DNA of 64,000 nt from positions 9,998-73,997 of the forward strand of contig CAVXRU010000037.1 of NCBI GenBank assembly GCA_963763905.1, read 5' to 3'. Both the position numbers and the translations under genes were made by a program. Positions 31,187 through 40,532 of this stretch are shown piece after piece (the stretch's first letter is position 1; each line of letters starts with the position of its first letter). The notes beneath the pieces are model-generated. The model saw only the letters and a list, made by a program, of their open reading frames with translations. It was not told the origin of the DNA and did not search any database. This DNA comes from an uncultured Acidobacteriaceae bacterium (GTDB lineage: Bacteria; Acidobacteriota; Terriglobia; Terriglobales; Acidobacteriaceae).

Positions 31187-32302
31187 ATGAGAATTTGGCA
31201 CTCGCGAGCCTTCTGGAGTCCAAACAAAGTCGATGGCGTCAATTCGCTCATCTATTCAGTAGCAAGAGAACAGGTTGAGTTGGGCCATGATGTCTTTCTG
31301 GTGATCGATAACTCACCGGATGAAGCTGCGCAGCGTTTCGCCCGAGAAACGGGAGTCCGATTTCTCCAATTGCCTGGCGGCTGGCTGAGTCAGATTAGCA
31401 AACTGTCCAAAGCCCTTCGAGAAGGACCGCCCGACATAGTTCATATGCATTCTGTCTTCATTCCCCACCAAGCCATATTCTGCAGGATGCTCAGGAGTCG
31501 TTCCATTCCCTTTGTTATCACGCCAAGTGGTGGTCTGTCGCCTTACATTTTAGCTCGCTCCCGTTGGAAGAAAGTCCCATATTGCAGGTTCATAGAGCGC
31601 CCCCGATTTCATAAGGCCGCTGGTATTTCAGTCGTTACTTCAAGGGAAACGGACGAGGTGCTTTCATTCGTCCCGGGCTTCGAGAGGCCTATACGTTGTA
31701 TTCCCAACGCTGTCGAACTCGGTCCTTCAGAAGGATACGATTGGTGTCCGCCAACTTTGCCGAAGGTAACTTATCTAGGTCGTTTCGACATCGTCCACAA
31801 GGGGCTTGACCTTCTGCTCGAACTTGCGCGCAGGTCTCCACATATAGAGTTCCATCTATACGGGCCAGACGATCAAGCCTCGAGAAACGTCTCAGGTGAG
31901 CTGGCGAAGTCCAGTTCTTCAAATGTTTCCTTCCATTCCCCGGTATACGGAGCAGAGAAGGCCAAGGTGTTGGCCAACTCGACTCTCTATATTCAAATGT
32001 CACGCTGGGAGGCATTCGGCATCTCCATTGCCGAAGCGATGTATCTCGGCCTGCCATGTGCGGTTGCGTCTAGCGCCCACATATCTTCCCTGTTGGATGA
32101 ACACGGCCTCGGCCTGGTGCTGCCACCTGACCTCGCAGCTGCTACTGAAGCACTACATAATGCCATTTCAGATCTGGCTCAACTAGAGATGTGGTCGTCG
32201 AAGGCCAAGCAGTTTGCCCATTCCAACTTCCACCCGCGAGCCGTTGCCCTGGGATTCGTAGAGTTTTACCAGGAGTGCATCTCACATCAACAAAAGGCGT
32301 AG
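31187..32302 (+). CDS. family-4 glycosyltransferase
   Basis: 371 aa. DIVHMHSVF; EX7E region SRWEAFGISIAEAMYLGLPCAV. The Shine-Dalgarno GGAGGA (31171-31176) abuts the IS630 end. Confidence 0.85.
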   Translation: MRIWHSRAFWSPNKVDGVNSLIYSVAREQVELGHDVFLVIDNSPDEAAQRFARETGVRFLQLPGGWLSQISKLSKALREGPPDIVHMHSVFIPHQAIFCRMLRSRSIPFVITPSGGLSPYILARSRWKKVPYCRFIERPRFHKAAGISVVTSRETDEVLSFVPGFERPIRCIPNAVELGPSEGYDWCPPTLPKVTYLGRFDIVHKGLDLLLELARRSPHIEFHLYGPDDQASRNVSGELAKSSSSNVSFHSPVYGAEKAKVLANSTLYIQMSRWEAFGISIAEAMYLGLPCAVASSAHISSLLDEHGLGLVLPPDLAAATEALHNAISDLAQLEMWSSKAKQFAHSNFHPRAVALGFVEFYQECISHQQKA

Positions 32303-32499
32303 CGAAGGAGCGATCCTACCGGTTAAGATTCACGGATGGTCAATTAACGTATGCTCTTCCTTGCATCGCTTACTTCCTAGTACCTAGGTTAAAGGCTTTC
32401 ATGCTGAGTTCGAATGTTGATTCCCAGTGAAATGACCCTGATGGAAACGCATCTGTATACCAGGACTGATGTGCTTCCATTAGGGTCACTGCACTCTGT

Positions 32500-32880
32500 C
32501 AAGTAATAGTGTCGAAATCCCTCGAATCAGTTCCCTGAACGCAAGCTATAACAACTTTTCGTATTCGGCCGTTCTGGTCCTCACTCAGTGAGGCTCGCTT
32601 GAGGGGACGAAGACAAATCACCCTTGATATGGCCGGAACGATGAAATAGAGGAATCGATCTCCAAAAAGGTCACAGCTGACCCGAGAGACCATCATTCCA
32701 ATACTAGTCGAATCAAGATTAAAAGATTAAAAAGGCCTCACGCCCTCAGCCTGCGGCACTCGGGCTACAGTCATCCCTGGCGCTAACGTGAGTTCAACAA
32801 TCCGCCGCTTCTCCGCTACCGTCCGATGCACCCGCCCTGCGTTCGACTCCATGACAACAGCTTCCAACCAGAGTTCAGGC
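32500..32880 (-). mobile_element. relic of IS accessory genes (HTH_Tnp_1 OrfA; possible IS66 TnpB piece)
   Basis: The minus strand reads RTVAEKRRIVELTLAPGMTVARVPQAEGV (compare RRxYSxEEKxxIVxExxxPGxSVxxVARxxGV). Downstream, DLFGDRFLYF...CLRPLKRA weakly resembles the TnpB box DPFSGxLFVF...KRLE. Confidence 0.3.
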
Positions 32881-33015
32881 CCGTGTCCAGAGGGGCTTAG
32901 TGGACGCTTACGAGAAAACCAACGCTTACCTCCTATCTATTTTCCCTACTAACCCCCGCATCAGACGTGCGCTCATCCAAAGCCCGCAAAAATTTCACAC
33001 TGCTGTGGCCCAAAA

Positions 33016-33261
33016 TACCCGATTTTCGAGCAAAAACTTCACCTTCAACCCTTTTATAATCAATTATTTACAAACTTACGTAATACCTAATCGGTGTGAT
33101 TGCCGCAACCCCGGACACCGCGGATAGTAGCACCAATAGGACAGCAAAATTTCGCCGGCGGCACCAACGTATCTCAAAGATGCGAAAGCCCGTTCGCGCC
33201 TTTGAAATGGGCTCTTTCCCCAGGCCGCGATGATTCGAATTTTCAACTGACGAGGCATTCA
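33016..33261 (+). promoter_or_regulatory. conserved upstream leader of the beta-helix lipoprotein gene (duplicated at 17204-17448)
   Basis: About 245 nt of non-coding sequence is conserved between the two copies, including TTTATAATCA and TTTACAAACTTACGTAATACCT. No convincing -35/-10 spacing could be assigned. Confidence 0.3.
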
Positions 33262-36200
33262 ATGCGTATTTCCCCCACGCTACAGGTGTGTTCCGGGCTC
33301 CTGTGCAGTTTTTTGATGTTGATAGCAGGATGTGGTAACCCCTCGTCCCAGACCCTCGATTCTCTGACGGTCACAGCAACGCCTTCAACCTTGCCCGTAG
33401 GTGGCGCCGCAATTCTGAAAGCGGTAGCCCATCTGAGCGACGGTACAACGCAGGATGTAACTGCAGGCACGCAATGGACCTCGTCCAACACTGCTCTCGC
33501 GACGATTAGCAATGGATCCGTTACCGCGAAAGCGTCAGGTACGGTGACCGTGCAGGCTGCATATGTTGAAGTCGCGCCGGCCGGCACATCTCCATCGGCT
33601 GCAACGACGTCGCCTCAGAATCTGAGCGCATCGACACAGATCACCATTACCGCGGCGGGTACGAGCAACGTTCCCACTATCAGCTGGAATGCGCCGGCGG
33701 CAATCTCATACGGCACAGCATTGAGCAGCACGCAATTGAACGCCACGGCCAGCGTGCCCGGAACCTTCGCCTACACGCCGGCAGCCGGGACTGTACTCAA
33801 AGCGGGACCGCAGACCCTTGCGGTCACCTTCACGCCGAGTGATACAAAGACGTATTCTGCGGCCACGGCTTCTACGAAGCTAACGGTCAACCAAGCGGCG
33901 CCAGCGATTACCTGGGCGGCGCCCGCCTCCATTGCGACGGGGACCGCCCTGAGCGCGACGCAACTGGATGCAACGGCAAATGTTCCCGGCACCTTCATGT
34001 ACAACCCAGCGGTGGGTACGGTTCTGTCCGCGGGGACCCAGCAACTGACGGCGGTATTCTCGCCCTCCGACAACACCGATTATTCCTCTGCCACCGCCCA
34101 CACCTCGGTGGTGGTTGGTGCGCCATCCTCCGGGCCGACACCGCCTCCGCCGTCGAATCCAACGCCGCCGACAGGATGCGGAGGGCCGACCATTAACCTG
34201 AACAGCGGCATGAGCGCAAGCACATTACAGAGCACAATCTCCGGCGCTCCCAACTGTGCACTGATAGTCTTTGCGGCTGGAACGTACAACATCAGCAGCG
34301 CGCTCAATATTCCATGCAATAGCCTGACCATCACCGGTCCCATGACCACCCCAGCCACGGCGAAAATTACCACAAGCACAGCCAACATATCTTTGATGGC
34401 TATGACAGGAGGGTGTTCGTCGGGAACAACAACGATTGAGTATCTTGATTTCAATGGAGCTGGCCCACTTTATTTTGATGCGAGTGATTATTCGAACATT
34501 GTCATTGAACATAATCAAGTTACATCCCTGCCTTACTCTACATGCGGTGGCGGTACCTGCATGTCAGTGTTTTTCAATGGGAATAATGCGAATACTCTCA
34601 CTAACGTTACGATTGAATACAACACCTTTGGTGATGCCAACTCTTGCACGGCTAGTCTACACATTGATGAAGGTGGTTGTGCCGGTCTTTCGTTCGCCAT
34701 AGTTGGCGTCATAACCAATTTAACAATCGAGTACAACACCTTCTTTCACGTAGACGAAGGAATGCATTTCGAGAATACTAATTATGTTGCAGGGGGCGTG
34801 AACTCCGTCTGCGACAATTGTCTTATAGAATACAACTACTTTAGCCAGATCAATCGCATCCCATTAGAAAATCAGATTAGCGTCCAATTCCATCCGACAA
34901 TCATGTCCAACAACGTGATTGCCACTAATAACGTTAGTGGAACACCTTACGCGACGATAGGAATTTCTGCCGCGTGCTGCTTTAGTGGAAGACATGACTC
35001 TATAATCAGTGATCAAAACCCCACTGATTACATACAAAATAATCTTATTTTTCAAGCAACAGGTAATCTCACTACCCTTGCTGCCCCATTGGCGATTGAA
35101 ACACAAGGAATAAATCCACAGCAGACTAACAACCTGGTCCAAGGCTACTATTGTTATGGAATTATTTGGTCGTGGGGTGGTACCACTGGTGGGTTGATTG
35201 CAAATAATACACTGCAGTCACCGATTATGGCGGCTGGATCTGGGAATTCACAATGCAATGGGGGCCGTGGGGAACCTATAGGGGCCGAATGCGGTAGCAG
35301 TTGTGGTACAGCTCCGACTCAATCAGGGAATGTTGAAGGAGCCACTCCCTCTGCCGTTACCAGTGTAGCCCCGACTATTTCTCCAGCGTCTGGGTCGCAA
35401 GGCTTTCCACTCACCGTGACACTGACCGATCCTGGTTACACGAGCGGCGCAGTCCCGCTAGGCAATACCGGCATCTGGTACACCACAGACGGCTCTACGC
35501 CAGTTCCGGGATCGGGGACGGCGCAATATCTTGCAAGTGGCGGTACTTTTGTTTTACCCGCTGCTGCCACAGTAAAGGCAGTCGGCATGTGGGGCACGCC
35601 GCCCCAGCCAACCAGCTATCCGGCGGGCTATGGTTTCGTGCCCTCCGGCGTGGTGACAGCAGCCTACTCTGTCAGTGGCGCGATAAAGCGGCCTGCAGGT
35701 ACGGCTAGCTCTTCCAATAGCCCAACCGGAAAACTGGCCGCCGCCGTCGGTGCGACAGCCGAATTGCCGGCGGGGGCCGCCAGCGCGGCGTTGGCATCGG
35801 TAGCGATCAATCCATCGCAGCCTGTGGTGGCCATCGGGAGCACAACCCAGTTGAAGGCGATCGCGACCTTTGACGATGGTTCGGTCAAAGACGTCACCGC
35901 AGACTTTGGCTGGCAGTCTTCGGATGGGCGCATCATGACGGCTAATGGGTCCGGCGCGCTAGCGGGAGTCGCCAGTGGCAAGGCGACCATCTCGGGTAGC
36001 TACCAGGGACTCCAGGCCTCGGTCTCGGCTAACAGCACCATCGGCGAAGTCGTGTGGAGCGATCCGATCGTCATTACCGAAGGCGGCACTTACTCCGGGA
36101 ACTGGCAGAGCACAGATGCCAAGACCCCAGCGGTCACAGTGGCGACAACGGCGCCTGTGATCATAGAGAACGCACACATTCGCAGCGGGGGAAGCCTGAT

Positions 36201-37185
36201 CAAGACCACTCTCGCGGGCAGCAATTTGACCGTGCGGAATAGTCTGGGTGTGGCTGCGAATGCGGCCGTCAAAGGTCAGCCGAACGGGGTCTTCCTGGAG
36301 GTCGCCTCTCCTACACGTCTGGATGTAGAGAATAACTACATCGAGAACACGCAGGGTGGGGTCATCGTGCACGGGTATGCGGGCAACCGGGACGGGGGAC
36401 AAACCATCGTCATCCGCGCCAACCGGGCCCGCAACCTGAATGGTATGCTGAGCGACGGAAACGGTGGCTACTTGCCGGCAGAAGGCACCAACCGTGCCCC
36501 GGCGCGCTTTATCCAGTTCGATAGCGTGCAAGCTGTGCCCGGCATCGATGTGGGTTGGAATGAGGTGATCAATTATCCCGGGCAAAGCCTTGTCGATGAT
36601 AACATCGACCTCTACCGATCAGGTGGAACGCCGAACCAGCCGCTCGAAATCCATGACACCTATATCCAGGGTGCGTATCCTTACAAGGCCGCGCAGGATG
36701 CTTATACAGGTGGCGGGATCAAGACCGATGCCAAGGCCGGTGACAATGCGCAAGAGGTTCCTGCCTTCAACAGCATTCACGATAACCAGGTGGTGGGAAC
36801 GGTGAACTACGGGATTGCGTTCACTGCCGGCCACGATAACGTAGCGGCCAACAATCGTGTCGTCTCCAGCGGCCTGCTGGCGGATGGGACCAGGATTGCA
36901 GCCCAACATGTGGGCATGGCGAACAGCGATGCCACCGCCGGCGCCAACGGCAGCATGTACAACAACACCATGCGCGACAACCTCATCGGCTGGACGTGCT
37001 GGCAATCGTCATGCGCACTGGAGGGCTACCGCAAGGATCAATTCTTCCCTGCGGCGCCCGCAGACTATTCCACCAACTCTGTCGTAGCAGCGCGACAGAT
37101 CACGCTTGACATGGAGAACAATGAGTACCAAGTGTGGCTGAACAAGATGGCCTCGGTCGGCGTTGCCGTAGGTCCTAGTTTTTGA
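33262..37185 (+). CDS. 1307-aa surface lipoprotein: Ig-like (Big_2) domain, two tandem 75-aa repeats, beta-helix module 1 with CHB_HEX_C, second Big_2, beta-helix module 2 (putative polysaccharide depolymerase/modifying enzyme)
   Basis: ATG 33262 gives MRISPTLQVCSGLLCSFLMLIAGCGN (lipobox). The ORF-track start at 33100 lies in the duplicated leader. PbH1-like repeats occur in both halves. GIWYTTDGSTP domain; Pro-rich linker PTPPPPSNPTPPTG. Confidence 0.85.
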   Translation: MRISPTLQVCSGLLCSFLMLIAGCGNPSSQTLDSLTVTATPSTLPVGGAAILKAVAHLSDGTTQDVTAGTQWTSSNTALATISNGSVTAKASGTVTVQAAYVEVAPAGTSPSAATTSPQNLSASTQITITAAGTSNVPTISWNAPAAISYGTALSSTQLNATASVPGTFAYTPAAGTVLKAGPQTLAVTFTPSDTKTYSAATASTKLTVNQAAPAITWAAPASIATGTALSATQLDATANVPGTFMYNPAVGTVLSAGTQQLTAVFSPSDNTDYSSATAHTSVVVGAPSSGPTPPPPSNPTPPTGCGGPTINLNSGMSASTLQSTISGAPNCALIVFAAGTYNISSALNIPCNSLTITGPMTTPATAKITTSTANISLMAMTGGCSSGTTTIEYLDFNGAGPLYFDASDYSNIVIEHNQVTSLPYSTCGGGTCMSVFFNGNNANTLTNVTIEYNTFGDANSCTASLHIDEGGCAGLSFAIVGVITNLTIEYNTFFHVDEGMHFENTNYVAGGVNSVCDNCLIEYNYFSQINRIPLENQISVQFHPTIMSNNVIATNNVSGTPYATIGISAACCFSGRHDSIISDQNPTDYIQNNLIFQATGNLTTLAAPLAIETQGINPQQTNNLVQGYYCYGIIWSWGGTTGGLIANNTLQSPIMAAGSGNSQCNGGRGEPIGAECGSSCGTAPTQSGNVEGATPSAVTSVAPTISPASGSQGFPLTVTLTDPGYTSGAVPLGNTGIWYTTDGSTPVPGSGTAQYLASGGTFVLPAAATVKAVGMWGTPPQPTSYPAGYGFVPSGVVTAAYSVSGAIKRPAGTASSSNSPTGKLAAAVGATAELPAGAASAALASVAINPSQPVVAIGSTTQLKAIATFDDGSVKDVTADFGWQSSDGRIMTANGSGALAGVASGKATISGSYQGLQASVSANSTIGEVVWSDPIVITEGGTYSGNWQSTDAKTPAVTVATTAPVIIENAHIRSGGSLIKTTLAGSNLTVRNSLGVAANAAVKGQPNGVFLEVASPTRLDVENNYIENTQGGVIVHGYAGNRDGGQTIVIRANRARNLNGMLSDGNGGYLPAEGTNRAPARFIQFDSVQAVPGIDVGWNEVINYPGQSLVDDNIDLYRSGGTPNQPLEIHDTYIQGAYPYKAAQDAYTGGGIKTDAKAGDNAQEVPAFNSIHDNQVVGTVNYGIAFTAGHDNVAANNRVVSSGLLADGTRIAAQHVGMANSDATAGANGSMYNNTMRDNLIGWTCWQSSCALEGYRKDQFFPAAPADYSTNSVVAARQITLDMENNEYQVWLNKMASVGVAVGPSF
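33673..34122 (+). repeat. in-frame tandem duplication (two units of about 75 codons) inside the lipoprotein gene
   Basis: PTISWNAPAAISYGTALSSTQLNATASVPGTFAYTPAAGTVLKAGPQTLAVTFTPSDTKTYSAATAST versus PAITWAAPASIATGTALSATQLDATANVPGTFMYNPAVGTVLSAGTQQLTAVFSPSDNTDYSSATAHT. Confidence 0.85.
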
Positions 37186-37266
37186 TCAGCCACATTAAAG
37201 GAGAAGGGCCCGAGGAGAGCATCATTCGAGTTGCTGCAAGCTGAACGTTGCTCTCGAAGCAGACGG

Positions 37267-37295
37267 TTCCCCGGCAGGCGAAGCATGCCGGGGAA
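37267..37295 (+). terminator. GC-rich hairpin 80 nt after the lipoprotein stop
   Basis: TTCCCCGGCA (37267-37276), 9-nt loop, TGCCGGGGAA (37286-37295). There is no U-tract, so function is uncertain. Confidence 0.3.
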
Positions 37296-37548
37296 ACCCG
37301 AGGCAGCTGAATCGAAGTTGTCGAGGAGGTGCTACCCAAGATTGCGAAGCCTGCTCAAACGCGGTTCAAAGTCTCGCGCCGACACCTATATTATATTCGG
37401 GAGTAGGTTCTTTTGTTTGAGGGCAAGGGGCAACGCAGGCGTGGCCCAGATCGCAAATAGTGCAGGGCCACCATAGCCACTGTGCTGCGTGGTTGGTCTG
37501 AAAGGTCGTAGCATCCGAAAAGGTGCGGCGGAAGGAGCTGCTTAAACG

Positions 37549-38364
37549 GTGTTATCTCCGGGCACGGGCAAGACCGAAAACCGGTCCGATTCTGGACCTA
37601 TGTGCGCGCCCGCCCGGCGGGCGATGAGGCGCCTCCAGCCGTGTGGTTCACCTATTCGCCGGATCGCAAGGGCGAGCATCCACAGCGCTTCTGGCCAAGT
37701 TCCGCGGCATCCTGCAGGCCGATGCCTACGCCGGCTTCAACAAGCTCCACCAAGACGGGTTCGTCCAGGAAGCGCCCTGCATGGCGCACATCCGGCGCAA
37801 ATTCTATGACCTGATGGAAACGCACCACTCGCCGGTTGCCACGGAAGCCGTGGAACGCATCGCAGCTCTGTACCAGATCGAGAAGGAGATCCGGGGCCGG
37901 CCGTCGGAGGAACGCCGCGAGGCACGCAACGCCCGCGCTCGGCCGCTGCTGGAGTCGATGCGCGAGTGGCTCAAAGCATCCCTGTTACAACTCCACGGCA
38001 AGTCGGAGACCACCGCGGCTATCCACTATGCGCTCGACCGCTGGGACGCGCTGGCGCGTTATCTCGACGACGCCGCATCGAGCTGGATAACTCGGCGGCG
38101 GAGCGGGCGCTGCGCGCTGTCGGGGTGGGCTGGAAAAATTATTTGTTCGCCGGCTCCGATTCCGGAGGCGAGCGAGCAGCTGTCATCTATAGTCTGATCG
38201 GGTTGGCGAAATTCAGCGCTCTCGATCCCGAGGCGTATCTGCGCCATGTGCTCAGCCGCATCGCCGATCACCCCATCGCTCGCATCGAGGAGTTGCTGCC
38301 ATGGAACGTCGCCGCAAGCCTGCAATCCGCAAGGCCCAGCCCGCTGGCGAGAACGCTTCTGTAA
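37549..38364 (+). mobile_element. IS66-family transposase, C-terminal two-thirds, frameshifted (pseudogene)
   Basis: PAVWFTYSPDRKGEHPQRF / LAKFRGILQADAYAGFNKL...APCMAHIRRKFYDL...YQIEKEIRG... / RIELDNSAAERALRAVGVGWKNYLFAGSDSGGERAA...DPEAYLRHVLSRIADHP, spread over three frames. The N-terminal part is absent. Confidence 0.85.
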
Positions 38365-38574
38365 CGCTCCCTTGCCGCGTATCGCGGAGTTCATCGACTA
38401 CGGGCAGGTCACCCTCGGCGACATGGACCCGATCGGCGGCGTCGCTATAACCAACGACGGTCACAACACCCTGGCGACGCTCGTATGCAAGGAAGGCGAG
38501 ACCTTTGCGCAGTTGCTGATCCGCCTCGACCAGGTCATCGCAAAAAGCACTCGATGAGGACATCTTCACTGAGC

Positions 38575-39891
38575 TTAAATCACCTCAACAACATCAATAG
38601 GCGCGGCCAATTCGCTATACTCGGCACGTTTCTCCAGCTCCAACTGGAGGAACATAGGACCGATGCAGAGGCCCAACAGAAGATAGAAATCGATGCCGGC
38701 TGGTGTCTCGAGAAAATTGCCGAAAAATGCACCGGCGAATGAGTAGACAAAATACGCCAGACCAAATATCTGTCCGGTGACCATGTAAACTCGATAAAGA
38801 AGACGAATGAGGCAAATCTCCAACCAAAAGAATATGACAACTCCGACCACACCCGAATAGGCCAGCGTGAAGTAAAAGATACTGTGGGGAGAGCGGGTAC
38901 CCTGGTGTTCGACGTCCTTGCCCGCGAGATGGGCGAGCGGATAACCGTAGCCCATGCCAAAGGTCAGCGTCAGGGGATCCTTGGAAACCTCCTCTCGAAT
39001 CGCGGCCCACCAATGTTTCCTCCAAATGACGGTCCCGTAGTACATCGCAGCGTCACCACGACTGCCGGAGACCTCCGCGGCCAAGTCTGGACTGAACGAG
39101 CCGGCCATGCGCCCGAGCGTTCCGCGAGCTGAAAGCTCTCCACCGCGTCCCGCAAGAGGCGGAAGCTTGAGATCAATGAGGGCCGCGATCAGCAGGATCG
39201 CTGCCAAAACACCCAACACAGAAAAAACGCGGCCCATTCTCTTCGACAATTTACCCCAGAGCATCAGGGCCAACCCGAGCCCGAGCCAGTCAGCCCGTTC
39301 CTGGTTAGCGATCGTCAAACCAGTCAGCACCAGGACGGGTACCCAGAACTTAAGCAAATTCGGCTCATATGCAAGTAAGCCGAGCAGCAATATCGACCCT
39401 GAACCAGGGTTCCCGAGTATCGCATAGCCGCTGTCTGAATCACCCGTGGCTATGCTCAGCTTACTCAGAAACAGAAAATAAAGAGGTGTATAAATCACAG
39501 CATACCAGGCCATGTACCTGATATATGCCCGGACCATTCCCGGATGGCGGAAGCCAACCCAGATGCCGAGAAACAGGTAAACAGGACAGATATTGAATAA
39601 GAGAATCTGGAATGCTGTTAGCACCGAATAGCCCAGGAGTATGCCGTAGATCAACTGACCGAAACCGTAGATCAGCGAGATCAGCAGGGGCCAACCGATT
39701 TCGCTTAATCCGTCCTGTCGCCGGGTCAGGGCGTTGTACCAACGGTCCCAGAGGAGGCGGGGGCTAAGGAGCAGCAAACCGCCGAAGGCAAGCGCGACGT
39801 AGGCGGAAGACTTCCCCAGAAACATAGAACCAAAAAGTAAAAACAACGCTACTTTGGTCCAGGCGTCGAGGCCCCACAACTTTCTTAACAT
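38575..39891 (-). CDS. O-antigen ligase / Wzy-type polysaccharide polymerase family membrane protein
   Basis: 438 aa with about 10-12 TM helices. The periplasmic-loop motif TIANQERADWLGLGLALMLWG resembles the Wzy_C (SRGAWLAL) region. Confidence 0.7.
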   Translation of the reverse strand: MLRKLWGLDAWTKVALFLLFGSMFLGKSSAYVALAFGGLLLLSPRLLWDRWYNALTRRQDGLSEIGWPLLISLIYGFGQLIYGILLGYSVLTAFQILLFNICPVYLFLGIWVGFRHPGMVRAYIRYMAWYAVIYTPLYFLFLSKLSIATGDSDSGYAILGNPGSGSILLLGLLAYEPNLLKFWVPVLVLTGLTIANQERADWLGLGLALMLWGKLSKRMGRVFSVLGVLAAILLIAALIDLKLPPLAGRGGELSARGTLGRMAGSFSPDLAAEVSGSRGDAAMYYGTVIWRKHWWAAIREEVSKDPLTLTFGMGYGYPLAHLAGKDVEHQGTRSPHSIFYFTLAYSGVVGVVIFFWLEICLIRLLYRVYMVTGQIFGLAYFVYSFAGAFFGNFLETPAGIDFYLLLGLCIGPMFLQLELEKRAEYSELAAPIDVVEVI

Positions 39892-39905
39892 TGGTTTGTC
39901 CCTGA

Positions 39906-40124
39906 TCAGGACTTGGAAGCGGATCGGGGCCGAATGAGTTGCCGGGTCCGACCGCTCCGAAAGCCCCGGGTCATTTGTCGAGAAACCGGTTCTTCGAGCA
40001 TCAAATGCACCTTGCTTTCTAAAGTCTGGCTAGCAAGATCCAAGACTAATTCTACCGTAGGCAGCGCTTTTGCCCGCACGACCACCTGGTAACCAAAAAG
40101 GCTCGGGCTGAGTTTGATTAGCTT
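39906..40124 (-). pseudogene. relic of the last about 70 codons of a paralog of the GT2-methyltransferase gene (28488-30002)
   Basis: KLIKLSPSLFGYQVVVRAKALPTVELVLDLASQT versus LNKISPSLFGYQVIVRAKALPTVKSLLEDARQT. The rest of ORF 39906-40424 is unrelated. Confidence 0.6.
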
Positions 40125-40532
40125 CCGACCGGAATTCATCTCACGACCCCTTACTCTTGGCACAATAAACCACTCTTCTTTGGGATGCTGTAACCCAAAC
40201 GGGGCGGATGAAACGGAAGTGTATTCATTTTGCACTACGGTGATGGGTTCTCCCACATTTTCCGCACCCTTCTGCGTTGATGTGAGGATTGACCACTCCG
40301 GGCGCCGGTTTTGTCGACGATTTTGTGCCCGTTTAGTGTTCGGAACTGCAACTGTTTCCACCTTTGGTCTCTCCCAAGTAACGAGTCCCCTCGCGGCTTC
40401 CCCCATGAAAAAGCCACCCTTCACGGCGCTTGACAGTATTCAGTAGAAGTTAAAATGCACTAGCAGAAGACAACAAGGTAGATCGGTGTGGGCAGGATCT
40501 GATGACCACTGTCGCCGTCGGACCTGTCGAGT

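Noticed and set aside
23504-35643. Idea that the near-identical 153-bp patches are a diversity-generating retroelement TR/VR pair
   Set aside because: No reverse transcriptase gene is present in the window. The three mismatches (A/G, C/T, C/G) are not adenine-specific. Gene conversion between paralogs explains the pattern.
35959-36585. 208-aa minus-strand ORF inside the giant lipoprotein gene
   Set aside because: It is a shadow ORF. The plus-strand frame has coherent beta-helix repeats and continuity across 3.9 kb.
12930-38364. Idea that the IS66 pieces at 13 kb and 37.5 kb are two halves of one element split by a 24-kb insertion
   Set aside because: The N-terminal piece ends near the HLPxxxV box, while the C-terminal piece begins at the PGxGKT box. 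Roughly 150-170 residues of the transposase would be missing, so the ends do not abut.
38385-38557. Protein-like segment IAEFIDYGQVTLGDMDPIGGVAITNDGHNTLATLVCKEGETFAQLLIRLDQVIAKSTR after the IS66 relic
   Set aside because: It looks like real coding sequence, but it has no plausible start codon and I cannot assign a family. It is probably another fragment, and the support is too weak to list as a feature.
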